Below are positions 18,741 to 28,239 of a stretch of 64,000 bases of DNA, one piece after another (within the stretch, counting starts at the first letter, position 1; each line of letters starts with the position of its first letter). A program made the position numbers and the translations under genes. The stretch spans positions 22,262 to 86,261 of the forward strand of contig CAZCZO010000002.1 of NCBI GenBank assembly GCA_964503275.1, written 5' to 3'. The notes beneath the pieces were generated by a model. The model made no database searches, was not told where the DNA came from, and saw only the letters and a program-made list of their open reading frames with translations. This DNA comes from an uncultured Gemmatimonadaceae bacterium (lineage in GTDB: Bacteria > Gemmatimonadota > Gemmatimonadetes > Gemmatimonadales > Gemmatimonadaceae).

Positions 18741-18782
18741 GTGACAGGGGCCACCGAACGGTCGTTCGGTGACCCCTGTCAC
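18741..18782. repeat. 42-bp near-perfect palindrome in the symporter 3' region / lipoprotein leader.
   Basis: GTGACAGGGGCCACCGAACG|GTCGTTCGGTGACCCCTGTCAC, with one mismatch. A second hairpin CATCCGG-GAAACT-CCGGATG lies at about 18690. Confidence 0.45.
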
Positions 18783-18802
18783 AAAAGGCCGGCCGGACCG
18801 CG

Positions 18803-20260
18803 TTACGGGTACGTCTTCAGGTCGCCGCGCTTGAGCTTGCCCATGTACTCGTCGAGCGCTGCCTTGACCTTGCCGCTCAGCAGATACACGCCGATCAGGT
18901 TCGGGAAGGCCATGCCGAGGATCATCAGGTCACCGAAGTCGAGGATGTTGGTGGACGTGATGATGGAGCCCAGGAACACGAAGAGCAGGAAGAGCGCCTT
19001 GTAGTAGCGCGACGACGCGTCGCCGAACATCCACACCCAGCAGCGCTCGCCGTAGTAGGACCACGAGATCATCGTGGAGTAGGCGAAGAGGAACACCGCC
19101 GCCGAGAGCACGTACGGGAACCAGCTGATGTTCTCACCGAAGGCGCGCGAAGTCAGTGCGGCCCCGGCGCGGCGTGCGACGATGTCGGCATACTCGGGGT
19201 TGTTGTAGGCCCCCGAGACGACGATCACCAGCGCGGTCATGGTGCAGACGATCACCGTGTCGATGAACGGCTCGAGCAGGGCGACGATCCCTTCGCGTAC
19301 GGGGTAGTCGGTCTTGGCCGCCGAGTGTGCGATGGCCGCGGATCCGGCGCCGGCCTCGTTCGAGAAGGCCGCACGCTGGAAGCCGATGACCAGCGTGCCG
19401 ATGAAGCCGCCGTAGGCGGCGTCGGGCGAGAAGGCCTGCGCGACGATGGCGCCGAAGGCCGCCGGGATGTCGGCGGCATTGGTGATGATGACGAAGATCG
19501 CCGCCGCGACGTACACCATCACCATGGCCGGCACGATCTTGTCAGCGACCGAGGCGATGCGCTTCACGCCACCGACGATGACGATCCCGACCAGCACCGC
19601 CATCAGCAGGCCGTAGGCCCAGGGGTACTGCCCGAGGATCGGGACCGTCTCCTGCATGGCGTTGAGCGACTGGTTGACCTGGAACGAGTTGCCGCCGCCG
19701 AGTGAGCCGCCGACGCAGAGGATGGCGAACATCACCGCGAGGAACTTGCCCGGACCGGCCAGGCCGCGCTCGGCGAGGCCCTTGGAGAGATACTGCATGC
19801 CGCCGCCGAGGACGGTGCCGTTGGGCCGGACTTCGCGGTACATCTGTCCGAGCGTGCACTCGGCGAACTTGGCGGTCATGCCAAAGAGGCCCGCGACGAT
19901 CATCCAGAATGTCGCGCCGGGACCGCCGAGCGACACGGCGATGGCGACGCCGGCGATGTTGCCGAGGCCGACGGTGGCGGAGAGGGCGGTGGAGAGCGCC
20001 GCGAAGTGGGAGACCTCACCGGGGGCGCTGGGGTCGGTGAACTTGCCACGGGTCACGTTGATGGCGTGGCCGAAGGCGCGGAGGTTGATGAACCCCATCC
20101 GCACCGTGAGGAAGACCGAGCCGATGACCAGCCAGATGACGATGAACGGGATGGTCTGCTGCTGCTCCTGGTCGTTGTCCCAGAAGAAGACGTCGAAGAA
20201 CAGGAAGGACCCGATCACGCCGTTGACCTTGCCCATGGCTTGGTCGGCCCGGTCCATCAT
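18803..20260 (-). CDS. Sodium:alanine (amino acid) symporter, AGCS family.
   Basis: MMDRADQAMGKVNGVIGSFLFFDVFFW... matches the AGCS N-terminus and has about 11 TM segments. An alternative GTG at 20440 would add a signal-like extension and a Pro/Ala linker. Confidence 0.85.
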   Translation of the reverse strand: MMDRADQAMGKVNGVIGSFLFFDVFFWDNDQEQQQTIPFIVIWLVIGSVFLTVRMGFINLRAFGHAINVTRGKFTDPSAPGEVSHFAALSTALSATVGLGNIAGVAIAVSLGGPGATFWMIVAGLFGMTAKFAECTLGQMYREVRPNGTVLGGGMQYLSKGLAERGLAGPGKFLAVMFAILCVGGSLGGGNSFQVNQSLNAMQETVPILGQYPWAYGLLMAVLVGIVIVGGVKRIASVADKIVPAMVMVYVAAAIFVIITNAADIPAAFGAIVAQAFSPDAAYGGFIGTLVIGFQRAAFSNEAGAGSAAIAHSAAKTDYPVREGIVALLEPFIDTVIVCTMTALVIVVSGAYNNPEYADIVARRAGAALTSRAFGENISWFPYVLSAAVFLFAYSTMISWSYYGERCWVWMFGDASSRYYKALFLLFVFLGSIITSTNILDFGDLMILGMAFPNLIGVYLLSGKVKAALDEYMGKLKRGDLKTYP

Positions 20261-20563
20261 GTTCGGCGCGCGCTCCGGCACGGTGGGCAGTTGCTCCGTG
20301 GGCGCTGGGGCCACTGCGGGCTGGGGAGCCGCTTGCACGGCGGCCTCTTGGGCCGCGAGCGTGGTGTGGAGGGCGCGGCCCGGGAGTGCCGGGACGAGGA
20401 ACAGCAGGAACGCCGCGATCACCGCGTTGCGAAGTCGCACGAGCTGGTGGGAGAGGGGGCAAAGGCGGGGCGCGCTGGCGCCCGGGGAGACCTCTCTAGC
20501 ATAGTACGAAGTACGCGGGACGGACACCCTTGAGCGGCCACCTCTGCAGCGCGGAGCGGATCT

Positions 20564-21217
20564 GTGGTGCCATTGCTGGAGCAGTTCCGCCCGCGGGAGC
20601 GGCGGGTGATCGCGGCCGTGCGCACGCCGCGCGGGATGCAGCGCTGGCTGCGCGCGCTGCCGTACAACCGCGAGCGCGGTGGCGAGACACTGCGCTCGTT
20701 CCGCGGGACGATCGCGCGGGGGCGGGCGCATTGTTTGGAAGCGGTGTTCGTCGCGGCGGCGGTGATGCAGCAGCGCGGCTGGCGTCCGCGTGTGCTGGAC
20801 CTGGAGTCGCAGGACGGGTTGGACCACGTGTTGTGGCTCTACGAGGTGGATGGGCGCTGGGGGACGGTGGCGCGTTCGCGGGACGAGGGACTGCATGGCC
20901 GTCCGCCGGTGTACCCGACGGTGCGGGCGCTGGCCGAGAGCTATCTGGATCCGTATGTGGACGCGACGGGGCGGATCGTCGGCTACGGGGTGGCGGACCT
21001 CGACGCGCTGACGCGGGTGGATTGGCGCTTCGGCGAGGGCGATGTGTGGGGGGTGGAGCGGGCGTTGATCCGGATGCCGCACCGGCGGTTGCGGATGCCC
21101 GAGCGTCGGTACCGGGAGGTGCGGGCGCGGTATCTGGACTTGGTGGCGCGCTGGGGAAAGCCGACGTCGCGGACGCTGCGGCGGTTCTACGGCGGGCAGG
21201 TGGATGGGTGGTGGTAG
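20564..21217 (+). CDS. Transglutaminase-like (Cys-His-Asp) superfamily protein, putative.
   Basis: GRAHCLEAVFVAAAVMQQRGWRPRVL is a Cys-containing core. A downstream HVLWLYEVDGRWGTV provides His/Asp candidates. GTG start with GGAG upstream. Confidence 0.5.
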   Translation: MVPLLEQFRPRERRVIAAVRTPRGMQRWLRALPYNRERGGETLRSFRGTIARGRAHCLEAVFVAAAVMQQRGWRPRVLDLESQDGLDHVLWLYEVDGRWGTVARSRDEGLHGRPPVYPTVRALAESYLDPYVDATGRIVGYGVADLDALTRVDWRFGEGDVWGVERALIRMPHRRLRMPERRYREVRARYLDLVARWGKPTSRTLRRFYGGQVDGWW

Positions 21218-21249
21218 GGATGGTCGGTCGCGAACTACTAAGTGCATAG

Positions 21250-21297
21250 TTGACAAGCCGTCCGGGGCGGCGTAGTATCTACTATCCACTTAGTAGA
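21250..21297 (+). promoter_or_regulatory. Sigma-70-like promoter with an overlapping operator palindrome upstream of the blaI-like gene.
   Basis: TTGACA (21250-21255), a 17-bp spacer, then TAGTAT (21273-21278). The dyad TCTACTA-TCCACT-TAGTAGA (21278-21297) overlaps the -10/+1 region. Confidence 0.55.
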
Positions 21298-21308
21298 GAG
21301 GCGTTGCG

Positions 21309-21677
21309 ATGGGTGATCTCATGCTGGGCGACCGCGAGCTGGACGTGATGGCGGCACTCTGGGAGCACGGCTCCGGGACCGTGGCCGAGGTGCGCGACCT
21401 GCTGCCCGACGCGCTGGCCTACACCACGGTGCTCACCATCCTTCGCAATCTGGAGGACAAGGGCTACCTGCGGCGGGAGAGCGAGGGGCGGGCGCACCGC
21501 TACTTCCCGCGGGTGGGGCGGGCGGCGGCGCAGCGCAGCTTCGTGGGCCGCGTGGTGGACCAGCTGTTCGGCGGCCGCCCGGCGGATCTGGTCGCGCATC
21601 TCGTCGAAGCGGAGACGCTGAGCGCCGAGGAGCTGCAGCGACTCCAGCGCATGCTCGCGGGCCGGAGGCGTCGATGA
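21309..21677 (+). CDS. blaI: BlaI/MecI/CopY family transcriptional repressor.
   Basis: LDVMAALWEHGSGTVAEVRDLLPDALAYTTVLTILRNLEDKGYLRR is a winged-helix Penicillinase_R domain. Its stop overlaps the start of the next gene (ATGA). Confidence 0.85.
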   Translation: MGDLMLGDRELDVMAALWEHGSGTVAEVRDLLPDALAYTTVLTILRNLEDKGYLRRESEGRAHRYFPRVGRAAAQRSFVGRVVDQLFGGRPADLVAHLVEAETLSAEELQRLQRMLAGRRRR

Positions 21678-23089
21678 TCGCCTCATGGATGCTGTACCTG
21701 ACCGCGGTGGGGGCGTGCTTGTATGTGGCGGCGCGCGCCGCCGAGCGAGTGCTCGATCCCCGGCGTGGCCGGTCGCGATGGGTGTGGGTGACGGCGATCG
21801 CGTTGACGCTGATGCTGCCCGTGCTGCCGCGGGCTGAGCGGCCGGTCGAGGCAGTCGGCGCGAATGCCGATGCGGCGATCGCGGCGCCGACGGCAGCGCC
21901 GACCGCCGTGCTCCTGCCCACGTGGACCGTCGCCGCTCCTGTGCGCAGCGGTGAGGCGTGGTGGGCCCTGCTGTGGGCGATGGGGTCGCTGGCCGTCGCG
22001 TGGCGCTATGCGCAGGCGTCACGTCGCGCGGGGCGCCTGCTGGTCGATGCGGCGGCCATGCAGTTGGCGGGGCGCGAGGTGTGGACGGTCGCCGAGGGGG
22101 CGCCGGCCCTGGTGGGGCTGAGGGCGCCGCGTATCGTGGTGCCGCGTTGGCTGCTGGACTTCGACACGTCGCTGCAGGCGCTGGTGGTCGCGCACGAGGA
22201 GGAACACCGGCGCGCGGGCGACGTGTGGCTGGTGCATGCACTCGCGGTGCTGCTGATCGCGCTGCCGTGGCATCTCCCGTTGTGGCTGATGGCGCGGCGA
22301 CTGCGGCGGGCCATCGAGTTGGACTGCGACGCCCGCGTGCTGCGACAGCACCCGGACCCACAGCGCTACGGCCGCGTGCTGCTCGCGGTGGCGCAGCGCA
22401 GCAGCGTGGGGGCGTCACTCATCGCACCGGCGTTAGCGGAGCCGGTCTCACTCACGGAGGAACGGATCATGGCGTTGACGAGTGCACAGCGCGTGGGGCG
22501 CGCAGCGCGGGCGGGGCTCCTGATGGCCGCGGTGATGGGGGTGCTGGTGGCGTGTGCGGCGGAGCGGGGGACGCGCGCCCCGGCGACGTCGGGCGCGACT
22601 GCGGAGGCACCGGTCGCGCTGCCGCCGATGTGGACGGACGCGCCCGGGCAGCGGCCCGTGGGGTACGTGGCCATTCGCCCGGATGGCGACTCGATCGCCC
22701 GGGCGCAGACCCTGACAGAGCGTCGTGAGGCCCAAGCGCGCTTACGCGCGCAAATGGACTCCATCGCGCGCACGAATCTGCGCGATACGGTCTTCAAGGA
22801 GTTCCAGGTCGACCGGCCGGTCAGTCCCCTGCCAGGAAGCCCAGGTCCGCTCTACCCGCCCGCGGCGAAGGCGCGCGGTGAAGAGGGCACGGTGCTGGTG
22901 CAATTCGTGGTCCGTGCGGACAGCACCATGGATCCGGCGAGCATTCGCGTGATCGGCGCGACGAACGACGAGTTCACCGACGCCGTGCGCGCTGCGTTGC
23001 CGAGGATGCGATTCCGCGCCGCCGAGCTGAACGGCAAGCCCGTCGCGCAGTTGGTGCAGCAGCCGTTCGGGTTCCAGATCTCGCGCTGA
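21674..23089 (+). CDS. BlaR1/MecR1-like M56 peptidase sensor fused to a TonB C-terminal domain.
   Basis: TM region followed by HEEEHRRAGD (HExxH M56 motif). A C-terminal TonB-like domain (EGTVLVQFVV...NGKPV) is present. Confidence 0.8.
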   Translation: MIASWMLYLTAVGACLYVAARAAERVLDPRRGRSRWVWVTAIALTLMLPVLPRAERPVEAVGANADAAIAAPTAAPTAVLLPTWTVAAPVRSGEAWWALLWAMGSLAVAWRYAQASRRAGRLLVDAAAMQLAGREVWTVAEGAPALVGLRAPRIVVPRWLLDFDTSLQALVVAHEEEHRRAGDVWLVHALAVLLIALPWHLPLWLMARRLRRAIELDCDARVLRQHPDPQRYGRVLLAVAQRSSVGASLIAPALAEPVSLTEERIMALTSAQRVGRAARAGLLMAAVMGVLVACAAERGTRAPATSGATAEAPVALPPMWTDAPGQRPVGYVAIRPDGDSIARAQTLTERREAQARLRAQMDSIARTNLRDTVFKEFQVDRPVSPLPGSPGPLYPPAAKARGEEGTVLVQFVVRADSTMDPASIRVIGATNDEFTDAVRAALPRMRFRAAELNGKPVAQLVQQPFGFQISR

Positions 23090-23126
23090 GAGTGGCGGGC
23101 GGGCGCTGGCCGTCGTAGTCTTGGGC

Positions 23127-24314
23127 ATGCGACAGTTGCCCGGAGTACTTCTCGGAATCGCTGGGCTCTGCGCGCCGCTCGGCGCGCAGAGCGGTCTGCC
23201 GACGTGGACGCTGCGCGAGGACTGGCGCTTGCGCACGGATGCGGTGGACTTGATCCAGGTGCAGGGCCTCACCGTGCTGGCCGACGGCGGGTTCATCGTG
23301 GTCGCGGGTCAGGACCGGCAGATCCATCGATTCGACGCGAGTGGACAGCTGCGCTTCTCGGCGGGCCGCGAGGGCCGAGGGCCCGGGGAGTTCGTGGCGC
23401 CACAGACCGCTCGCGTGACGGGTGATTCGGTGTGGGTGTGGGACCTGCTGGCTCGGCGCTTGACGGTCTTCGGACCCACGGGTCGCTATGTGCGGAGCGT
23501 CGAACTGGCGGGCACCTGGCCGCTGCGTGCCGATACGCCGCCGCTGGCCGGACGACGCTCGGGCGCGCTGATGCCGGACTTCGTCACCGCGGAGGGCGAT
23601 GTGGTGGGGTGGACGACGGTGGCCGCGAGTGGGCCCGGCGATGTGTCACGGTCGCTCCTCGTGCGCGTGGGTCGTGACAGTATGGCGCATCCGATCAGCG
23701 ATCGGCTCGGCTACGACAATGCTGCGGTGAGCTGGCGCGCGGCGGACAATACGGGTGGCAGCATCAGGATCCCGTTCGCGCCACGTCCGCTGAGCGGGGC
23801 GTCGGCCGACGGGCGTCGGATCGTCACGGCGCAGAGCACCGCGAAGGACGCCACGACCAGTGAGCTGCGACTGCGGGTGGTCGATGCGGCGACGGGGGCC
23901 GTGACGGATCACCGCGCGAACTTCCCCGCCGTGACGGTGACGCGCGCGCGACGCGACTCAGCGATGAACGTGACCCGCAACGCCGCGGGTCGTGGGTTCG
24001 GGGGCGCGCGTGTTACCGGCCCGCCTGCGGGAACCTTTGCCGACGTGGAGTCGCGCATTCCACCGACGGCGGATCTGCTCCCCGGCGCGCGCCAGCTGAT
24101 GGTGGCGCCCGACGGCACGATGTTCGTGCCGCTACAGACGGCGGATCATCCCGCGCCGAGGTACGCGGTGTTCGCGCCGAACGGGCGGCAGACAGGGTGG
24201 TTCTCGGTGCCGAAGGGAGTATTCCTGCGCGCGGCGACGGCGACACATGTCTGGGCTGCGGTGCCTGACGAGGATGGCTTTCCTCGCATCGTGCGATTCG
24301 CGATCGTGCGCTGA
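23127..24314 (+). CDS. Hypothetical secreted protein.
   Basis: ATG 23127 gives MRQLPGVLLGIAGLCAPLGAQS, a signal peptide. No recognisable motif. Confidence 0.45.
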   Translation: MRQLPGVLLGIAGLCAPLGAQSGLPTWTLREDWRLRTDAVDLIQVQGLTVLADGGFIVVAGQDRQIHRFDASGQLRFSAGREGRGPGEFVAPQTARVTGDSVWVWDLLARRLTVFGPTGRYVRSVELAGTWPLRADTPPLAGRRSGALMPDFVTAEGDVVGWTTVAASGPGDVSRSLLVRVGRDSMAHPISDRLGYDNAAVSWRAADNTGGSIRIPFAPRPLSGASADGRRIVTAQSTAKDATTSELRLRVVDAATGAVTDHRANFPAVTVTRARRDSAMNVTRNAAGRGFGGARVTGPPAGTFADVESRIPPTADLLPGARQLMVAPDGTMFVPLQTADHPAPRYAVFAPNGRQTGWFSVPKGVFLRAATATHVWAAVPDEDGFPRIVRFAIVR

Positions 24315-26045
24315 GTGATCGACGAGAGCGACGCGATGCGCGCGCCGAGCGACGTGCGCGTGATCGTGCGTGCGCTGCCCGGCGGCGGATGGGAGTTGCG
24401 GCATCCTGAACCGCTGATGCTGCCGGCGCGCTCCGTCGGGGCGTGGCTCGCGCATTGGGCTGAGGCGCGCGCGGAGGCGGCCTGCTTCGTGAGCGCCGAC
24501 GGTGAGGTCACGAGCTACGCGGATGCCCGCGCCGCGGTGGGCGCGATCGCGCAAGGGCTGCTCGACCAGGGGCTCACGCGCGAGCGCCCGCTGGTGATCG
24601 TGGCGGACAACAGTGTGCCGCATGCGCTGCTGTCGCTGGCAGCGATGTACGTGGGGGTGCCCGTCTGCACCTTGGCCCCGTCATGGGTCTGTGCGCCAGG
24701 CGAGGCGGAGCGCGTGCGCCGCGTGCTCAACACGCTGGGGCCTGCGATGGTCGTGCATGGCGACGCCGTACAGCTTCCCAGCGAGTTGGGGCTCATGGAG
24801 CACGTTGCCGCGGTCGTGGCGTTGAGCTCCGTGCCGCGTGCGCGCGAGACCGCCGCCGTCGAGCAGGCCTATGCGCGCGTCACGCCCGACCAGCTTGCGC
24901 GTGTACTGCTCACCAGCGGGTCCACCGACCTGCCGAAGCTGGTGCGCACGACGCACGGAATGCTCACCGCGAACCAAGCACAGATCGCCCAGATGTGGCC
25001 CTGGGTCGCTGCACGGCCGCCGGTGCTCTGCGATTGGCTGCCGTGGAGTCACACGTTCGGGGCGAGCCACAATCTGCTGCTGGCCCTGTCGCAAGGCGGG
25101 ACCTTCCACGTGGACGACGGAGCCCCCACGCCGGAGCGCGTCGCGCGCAGCGTGGCGAACCTGCGGCGTGCGCGGCCGACGATGTTGCTGAACGTGCCGC
25201 GGGGGTATGCGGCGTTGCTGCCTCTGCTCGAAGCGGACGAGACGGCGGCGCAGGAAGCGTTGGGAGAGGTCGAGGTGCTGTTCTGCGCAGCGGCGGCACT
25301 ACGACCAGAGTTGCGTGCGCGATGGTCGGCCTTGGCCGAGCGGGTGCGAGGGCGGCCGGTGCGCGCGGCGGCGGGGTGGGGGGCGACGGAGACGGCGCCC
25401 GCGGCGACGCTGACGACCGATGTACTGCCGCATGCCGCGAGTGTGGGGGTGCCGGTGCCGGGCTGTGTGTTGCGGTTGCACCCCACGCCCAGTGGTCTCG
25501 AGCTGCGCGCGCGGGGCCCGAACGTGACGCCGGGATACTGGGGCGCAGCGCCCGATGCCCCGACGGGCTTCGATGCCGACGGGTTCTGGTGCAGCGGTGA
25601 CACGGCCGAGTGGGTGGACCCCGGCGATCCCTCGGCGGGGTTGCGCATCACCGGGCGGCTGGTCGAGGACTTCAAGCTGTCGAGTGGGACCTGGGTCGCG
25701 GCGGAGCGGGTGCGCGAGGACGCGCTGCGGCGGCTCGGTGCACTGGTGGAGCAGGTCGTGGTCTTGGCACCGGACCGCGATGAGCTTCGCCTGCTGCTGT
25801 TCCCCTCTGCGGCCGGCATCGCGGCGGGGACCGACGCGGTGCAGGCGCACTGCGATGCGGTGCTCCGCGCATGGCGGGCGGCGGAACGCGGGTCGTCGCG
25901 GGTGCCCGTGTGCGGACTGGTGGTGACCACGCCATTGGACGCGGCCGCGGGCGAAGTGACCGCGAAGGGCTCCGTCAATCAGCGCGTCGTCCGTGCACGG
26001 CGCGCGGCACTCGTCGCGGAGGTCTACGCGCGCGCTACGCCCTGA
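24315..26045 (+). CDS. AMP-dependent synthetase/ligase (acyl-CoA synthetase-like).
   Basis: LTSGSTDLPKLV is the AMP-binding P-loop-like motif, and GWGATET and GDTAEW are typical ANL motifs. GTG 24315 or ATG 24336. Confidence 0.8.
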   Translation: MIDESDAMRAPSDVRVIVRALPGGGWELRHPEPLMLPARSVGAWLAHWAEARAEAACFVSADGEVTSYADARAAVGAIAQGLLDQGLTRERPLVIVADNSVPHALLSLAAMYVGVPVCTLAPSWVCAPGEAERVRRVLNTLGPAMVVHGDAVQLPSELGLMEHVAAVVALSSVPRARETAAVEQAYARVTPDQLARVLLTSGSTDLPKLVRTTHGMLTANQAQIAQMWPWVAARPPVLCDWLPWSHTFGASHNLLLALSQGGTFHVDDGAPTPERVARSVANLRRARPTMLLNVPRGYAALLPLLEADETAAQEALGEVEVLFCAAAALRPELRARWSALAERVRGRPVRAAAGWGATETAPAATLTTDVLPHAASVGVPVPGCVLRLHPTPSGLELRARGPNVTPGYWGAAPDAPTGFDADGFWCSGDTAEWVDPGDPSAGLRITGRLVEDFKLSSGTWVAAERVREDALRRLGALVEQVVVLAPDRDELRLLLFPSAAGIAAGTDAVQAHCDAVLRAWRAAERGSSRVPVCGLVVTTPLDAAAGEVTAKGSVNQRVVRARRAALVAEVYARATP

Positions 26046-26583
26046 GCGCCGCGCGGATCTCGGCGATCTGGGCGGCGTGCCGCTCCATATGCGCGGCGGT
26101 GAAGGCGAGCCACTCGTACATCGTCAGCGGCCCGAGGGCAGGGTGCGGGTGCGTGATCACGCCAAGCGCGAGTCCGTCGGCGCTGCGGGCCAGCGCCGCG
26201 AGTTCGGCGCGGGAGCGTTCGAGGCGCGCCAGGGCGTCGTCGAGCGTGAGGCCGTGGGTCGGCACCGCGAAGGGTGGCGCCTCGATGCGGCGACTGCGAT
26301 CGACGACGCGGTCCATGCGCATCTGCGCGAGCAGTGGGCTGGTCTGGTCCTCGGCGGGAATGCCCTCGGCGCGGGCGGCGTCGAGCCATCGGCGGTAGCT
26401 CTTGGTGATCCCGGCCTCGACCAGCGCGAGGTGTTCGACGACCTCGCGCACGGACCAGCGGTCCTCCGCGGGGCGTTGGTCATGCTGCGCCGCGGGCACG
26501 GTGGCGATCGCCGCGTCTAGCGTCGCCGCGGAGCGATCGAGGTAGTCGAGCAGCTCATCGACGCGCGGGTTCATCGGCGGCAT
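26035..26583 (-). CDS. DinB/YfiT-like (DinB_2) family protein.
   Basis: WSVREVVEHLALVE...HMERHAAQIAE is the His-triad four-helix bundle pattern. It follows the beta-lactamase-like gene in the same orientation. Confidence 0.75.
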   Translation of the reverse strand: MPPMNPRVDELLDYLDRSAATLDAAIATVPAAQHDQRPAEDRWSVREVVEHLALVEAGITKSYRRWLDAARAEGIPAEDQTSPLLAQMRMDRVVDRSRRIEAPPFAVPTHGLTLDDALARLERSRAELAALARSADGLALGVITHPHPALGPLTMYEWLAFTAAHMERHAAQIAEIRAALRA

Positions 26584-28172
26584 ACCGGTGCGGGGTCGAG
26601 GGAGGCCTCGCGCGCCAATGGGGCGACGCTGAGGAACTGCACCTGCGCCGGTTCCGTGGGGGCGAGCGTGATGTTCACGGCGAGGTCGCCCGACGCACAG
26701 CGCAGCCGCCAGCGTCCGCGCAGCGCGTTCTCGACGACGAACGGTCCCTCCTCGCGACAGCTGCCGCCGGCCGCATCGCGCAGGGTCGCGATCTGCGCGG
26801 CGCGCCGGTCGGCGGACTCATCGCGAAAGAGGTTCATGGCGGCCACGGAGTCGGCGAGTGCGGGGGTCCATGCGTTCACGAGCCGTGTGACCTGCGCCCG
26901 GCGCGTGAGGAGCACCGGTGACGGTTGTGGTTCGCGCGGACTCAAGCCGCCGGTGGCGCGCAGCAGGTCGAAGGCCTGGTTCGCGGTCGCGGTCCAGCCG
27001 GTGTAGGTCAGCGAGCCCAGTCCGATGATGCCGACGCCCTGCTCGGGCAGCCAGGTCATGATGGAGCCGTACCCGGGCAGGCCACCGGTGTGCGACACGA
27101 GCGCGCGGAGATCGCAGGTCTGCGCCACGCGCAGGCCGTAGCCATACCCGCCGGCCGTGAGCGTGAGCCGGTCGCCGCGCGCATCGGCCGACGCGCCGCT
27201 GAAGCGCTGGATCTGCTGCATTTCGCGCACGGACGCGCGGCGGACGGGGCCGGTCTCCGGGCCATCGCGGGCGGGCCACGCGTCCAGCATGAACGCGACC
27301 CACTTGGTGAGGTCGGCCGGCGTGGTGAGCATGCCGCCCATCACGCCGAACGCGCCGTCGGGGAGCGGGGGTTCGAGCAGCCATTGGCCGTCCTGCAGCC
27401 GGTAACCCAGCGCGAGCTTGCGGGGGTCGACATCGCTGGACTGCAGGGTCGTGGCAGTCATGCCGAGCGGCAGGAGGATCCGCTCGCGCAGGTAGCGCGC
27501 GTATGGCATGCCGGCGACGTTGCTGACGATACGGCCGAGGATGGCGAAGCCGTAGTTGGAATACTCGTACTGCGAGCCGGGTGCGGTGGAGAAGGGGATG
27601 CCGCGGCGCATCATCGCGCTGAAGGCCTCTTCGGTGGCATCGAGCTGCTGATCGCCCCAGGGGTTGTCCTCGGGGAAGCCCGCGGAGTGTGTGAGCAGGT
27701 GCCGCACGGTGATGCGCGGGGCATCGCTTGCGGCGTAGCGCAGCGAGGCGAGTTCCGGGACGTAGCGCTCGGCGGGGGTGTCGAGGTCGAGCTTGCCCTC
27801 GTCGCGCAGTTGGAGGATCGCGAGTGCGGCGAAGCTCTTGCTCATGGACGCGATGCGGAACACGGAGCCCGTGTCGACGGGGGTGCCGTTGGCGAGGTTC
27901 GCGGTGCCGGCGGCGACGATGTGCTCGAGGCGACCATCGATGATGATGCCGAAGGCGTAGCCGGGTACGCGCCGCTGGGCGACGAAGGCGCGGACCAGCG
28001 AGTCGATGGCCGGGAAGGCCGAGCGCAGCTTGGCGTGGCGTTGGGTGTCGGTGAAGCGGGCCGACGGGGCGATGGAGCTGAGCGGCGACGACTGGGTCGT
28101 GGCGTGCGTCGGGATCGCGCCGGCGACCGCGAGCGCGGCGAGCAACGGACGGAGGGAGCGCGTAGTGGGCAT
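26571..28172 (-). CDS. Serine hydrolase of the beta-lactamase/transpeptidase family (PBP4-like esterase).
   Basis: SMSKSF is the SxxK motif. Start trimmed to MPTTRSLRPLLAALAVAGAIP (signal). Long C-terminal extension. Confidence 0.85.
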   Translation of the reverse strand: MPTTRSLRPLLAALAVAGAIPTHATTQSSPLSSIAPSARFTDTQRHAKLRSAFPAIDSLVRAFVAQRRVPGYAFGIIIDGRLEHIVAAGTANLANGTPVDTGSVFRIASMSKSFAALAILQLRDEGKLDLDTPAERYVPELASLRYAASDAPRITVRHLLTHSAGFPEDNPWGDQQLDATEEAFSAMMRRGIPFSTAPGSQYEYSNYGFAILGRIVSNVAGMPYARYLRERILLPLGMTATTLQSSDVDPRKLALGYRLQDGQWLLEPPLPDGAFGVMGGMLTTPADLTKWVAFMLDAWPARDGPETGPVRRASVREMQQIQRFSGASADARGDRLTLTAGGYGYGLRVAQTCDLRALVSHTGGLPGYGSIMTWLPEQGVGIIGLGSLTYTGWTATANQAFDLLRATGGLSPREPQPSPVLLTRRAQVTRLVNAWTPALADSVAAMNLFRDESADRRAAQIATLRDAAGGSCREEGPFVVENALRGRWRLRCASGDLAVNITLAPTEPAQVQFLSVAPLAREASLDPAPVCRR

Positions 28173-28239
28173 ACTGGAAACTGGCGCGTGCCGGTCCCCA
28201 CGGCTAGACATTGAGGGACTTCTGCCCATTCGGACTCCC

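Noticed and set aside
20441-20563. Possible glycine riboswitch upstream of the sodium:alanine symporter.
   Set aside because: Reverse-complement inspection shows no GGAGAG...CUCUGGAGAG...ACCGAAGGGGCAA core.
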